Virus record (IMG/VR): IMGVR_UViG_3300047462_000385
Location: 110,363-130,362 of that record
DNA length: 20,000 nt
Source: an uncultured virus (IMG/VR IMGVR_UViG_3300047462_000385)
Lineage: Duplodnaviria > Heunggongvirae > Uroviricota > Caudoviricetes
Direction: 5' to 3' (one strand)
How positions within the stretch are numbered: the first letter of the stretch is position 1; the number at the start of each line of letters is the position of its first letter. Shown one piece after another: positions 18,828 through 20,000 of the stretch. A program made the position numbers and the translations under genes. The notes below the pieces were generated by a model that did not search any database, was not told where the DNA came from, and saw nothing but the letters and a program-made list of their open reading frames with translations.

Positions 18828-18887
18828 ATAGCAGAACATCTCACTCGTAACGAGATAGCATCGGGGCAGTACCGATCATCAGCTCCA
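18813..18887 (+). tRNA. tRNA-Thr (anticodon CGT) with non-canonical T-loop GGCAGTA
   Basis: Acceptor GCTGATG/CATCAGC, D stem GTTT/GAAC, anticodon arm TCTCA-CTCGTAA-CGAGA, T-arm ATCGG-GGCAGTA-CCGAT and encoded CCA. Confidence 0.88.
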
Positions 18888-18911
18888 ACCCGCACAATGC
18901 GGGTTTTATTT
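18887..18911 (+). terminator. Intrinsic terminator-like hairpin
   Basis: AACCCGCA-CAA-TGCGGGTT followed by TTATTT. Confidence 0.7.
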
Positions 18912-18913
18912 AA

Positions 18914-19195
18914 GGGCATGCACGGGTTTCGACGTGGTAAAGAATTGACAAAATGATTCAGACAGAGGCGATTACACCTACCAAAGTAATCAACGTAATA
19001 AATGCAAACGATAATGCATATGCTATGGCTGCCTGAGTAAGGCCCATACGTTCTGAGATAAGACTGCTTGAGTAATCAAAAGAACGTCAACCCACAAAGC
19101 TGGTTATCATATAGGGCTACGATGTATGATAATAAGATTAACAGTAGATAGCTCGATGGAGCGATTATCTGTCTTTGTTGCCAATGACTAAGTAT
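18914..19195 (+). ncRNA. ssrA: tmRNA copy 1: 5' tRNA-like arm plus mRNA-like domain only, with no recognisable T-arm or CCA end; tag ANDNAYAMAA*
   Basis: 5' end GGGCATG..GGGTTTCGAC. Resume context ATAAAT-GCA, tag at 19004-19036. Collinear with copy 2 up to about 19190. The 3' boundary is approximate. Confidence 0.85.
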
Positions 19196-19208
19196 CTCGA
19201 TTGATCTC

Positions 19209-19409
19209 ATGGAAGAGTATCAGAGTTTTCGTAGACAGAAATTTCCTAAATGTCCTGGCTCGCCTCAACTATCTTATTGGTTGCAGGATAAAAAATATGG
19301 GTTAGGCTTAGAAGAGAAAGAAGCTGCACAGAAGGTTTCTGATTTCTTTGTTGACTTAATAGAATGGCTTAAAACTAAAAATGGGGATGACATAGATTCG
19401 ACGGGATAA
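19209..19409 (+). CDS. Short hypothetical ORF, possibly the C-terminal remnant of a larger gene
   Basis: 66 aa with no ribosome-binding site. The frame is open from 19188. The last 27 nt overlap the 5' end of tmRNA copy 2. Confidence 0.4.
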   Translation: MEEYQSFRRQKFPKCPGSPQLSYWLQDKKYGLGLEEKEAAQKVSDFFVDLIEWLKTKNGDDIDSTG

Positions 19410-19739
19410 CGAATTATCAGAATGACGCAAACAGAGGATGATTGCCCCTCCAAAAGTAATCGACGTATAAATGCAAACGATAATGCATTTGAATCATTTG
19501 CGCTAGCCGCATGATGATATGTCCCAGATGAGATAGCTTTGGTAATCAAAGGACATTCAACCCACTAAAGATAGAGTCCACATTCGGCTACGGATTGTGG
19601 ATTTGAAATAAACAGTAAATAACCCGCTAGAGCGACAATCTAGCAACGTTGTCAATGACGTTGATATTGACTAAGTTTGTGAACGAGTTTTGATAAGGGC
19701 ATATCGCGGACTAGGGGGCAGTACCCTACATCTCCACCA
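19383..19739 (+). ncRNA. ssrA: tmRNA copy 2, complete one-piece gene; tag ANDNAFESFALAA*
   Basis: Acceptor GGGGATG/CATCTCC with G3:U70 and ACCA. T-arm TAGGG-GGCAGTA-CCCTA. Helix 2 TTATCAGAAT/GTTTTGATAA. Tag at 19473-19514, ending in tandem TGA TGA stops. Confidence 0.95.
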
Positions 19740-19780
19740 AATTACTGAACACCTCCACACATCGTGTTATATGTGATTAC

Positions 19781-19930
19781 ATGAAAATAATTGAACTAAA
19801 ATGTGGGAGCTGTGGTAATATTTTTACAACTGCTCATAAAAGCAGGTTTTCGACATTGAATAATTTGAGAAAATTATTCACTCCATATAGCAAAAGCCTA
19901 TATGGAATAGTGGTACTGAAACGCTTATGA
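19781..19930 (+). pseudogene. Interrupted Zn-finger/HNH-type gene start
   Basis: MKIIELKCGSCGNIFTTAHKSRF resembles the CxxC..F..FCS repeats of the upstream HNH, then runs into the hairpin element. Confidence 0.45.
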
Positions 19931-20000
19931 GGCAATCAAATGCTTGAAGAAAAGCTTTTTGAACCTCGGAACCCAACGACTTTAGTCGTTGGTTATTCAG
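19856..20000 (+). mobile_element. Probable miniature non-autonomous IS200/IS605-family derivative (right-end/omegaRNA-like)
   Basis: Left hairpin TGAATAATTT-GAGA-AAATTATTCA (19857-19880). Right hairpin CCAACGAC-TTTA-GTCGTTGG (19973-19992) followed by TTATTCA, resembling tnpB-element right ends. No transposase or TnpB ORF lies between them. Confidence 0.55.

Noticed and set aside
18945..18975. TTGACA inside tmRNA copy 1 as a promoter
   Set aside because: There is no -10 element at proper spacing, and the hexamer is part of helix 2.
18813..19195. Circularly permuted tmRNA using the upstream GGCAGTA T-arm as acceptor piece for copy 1
   Set aside because: That T-arm belongs to a complete tRNA-Thr cloverleaf. 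Its 3' strand CATCAGC does not pair with GGGCATG and lacks alanine identity.
19220..19260. ATGTCC as a remnant acceptor strand of tmRNA copy 1
   Set aside because: There is no T-arm before it and no ACCA after it. A 6-nt match is expected by chance.
19274..19549. 91-aa minus-strand ORF
   Set aside because: It is antisense to tmRNA copy 2 and has no protein-like features.
1..20000. CRISPR array or alternative genetic code
   Set aside because: No regularly spaced repeats were seen. Genes are full length under the standard bacterial code, and the only break is a frameshift rather than an in-frame stop.

Overview
This is an AT-rich, gene-dense window that most likely comes from a large (jumbo-type) bacteriophage. 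That is an inference: the genes sit in mixed-strand blocks, there are no flippase, polymerase or other membrane genes, and a tRNA/tmRNA array carries HNH genes. Bases 203-16368 form a cytoplasmic glycosylation island. It contains GDP-fucose synthesis genes (gmd, fcl), an NDP-sugar 4-epimerase, a perosamine-type aminotransferase with an acetyltransferase, an NDP-hexose C-methyltransferase, several SAM methyltransferases (one frameshifted) and several putative glycosyltransferases. It also has a GT11 alpha-1,2-fucosyltransferase coupled to an 801-aa methyltransferase-GT2-GT6 (ABO-type) fusion, which together suggest an H/A blood-group-like pathway. Bases 17088-20000 form a translation module. 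It holds a Thg1-like gene whose catalytic motifs are degenerate, three tRNA-Thr isoacceptors with an HNH endonuclease among them, and two tandem tmRNA genes with different tags. The first tmRNA lacks its acceptor 3' end; the second is complete and has alphaproteobacterial-type signatures. A probable miniature IS200/IS605 derivative lies at the right edge.
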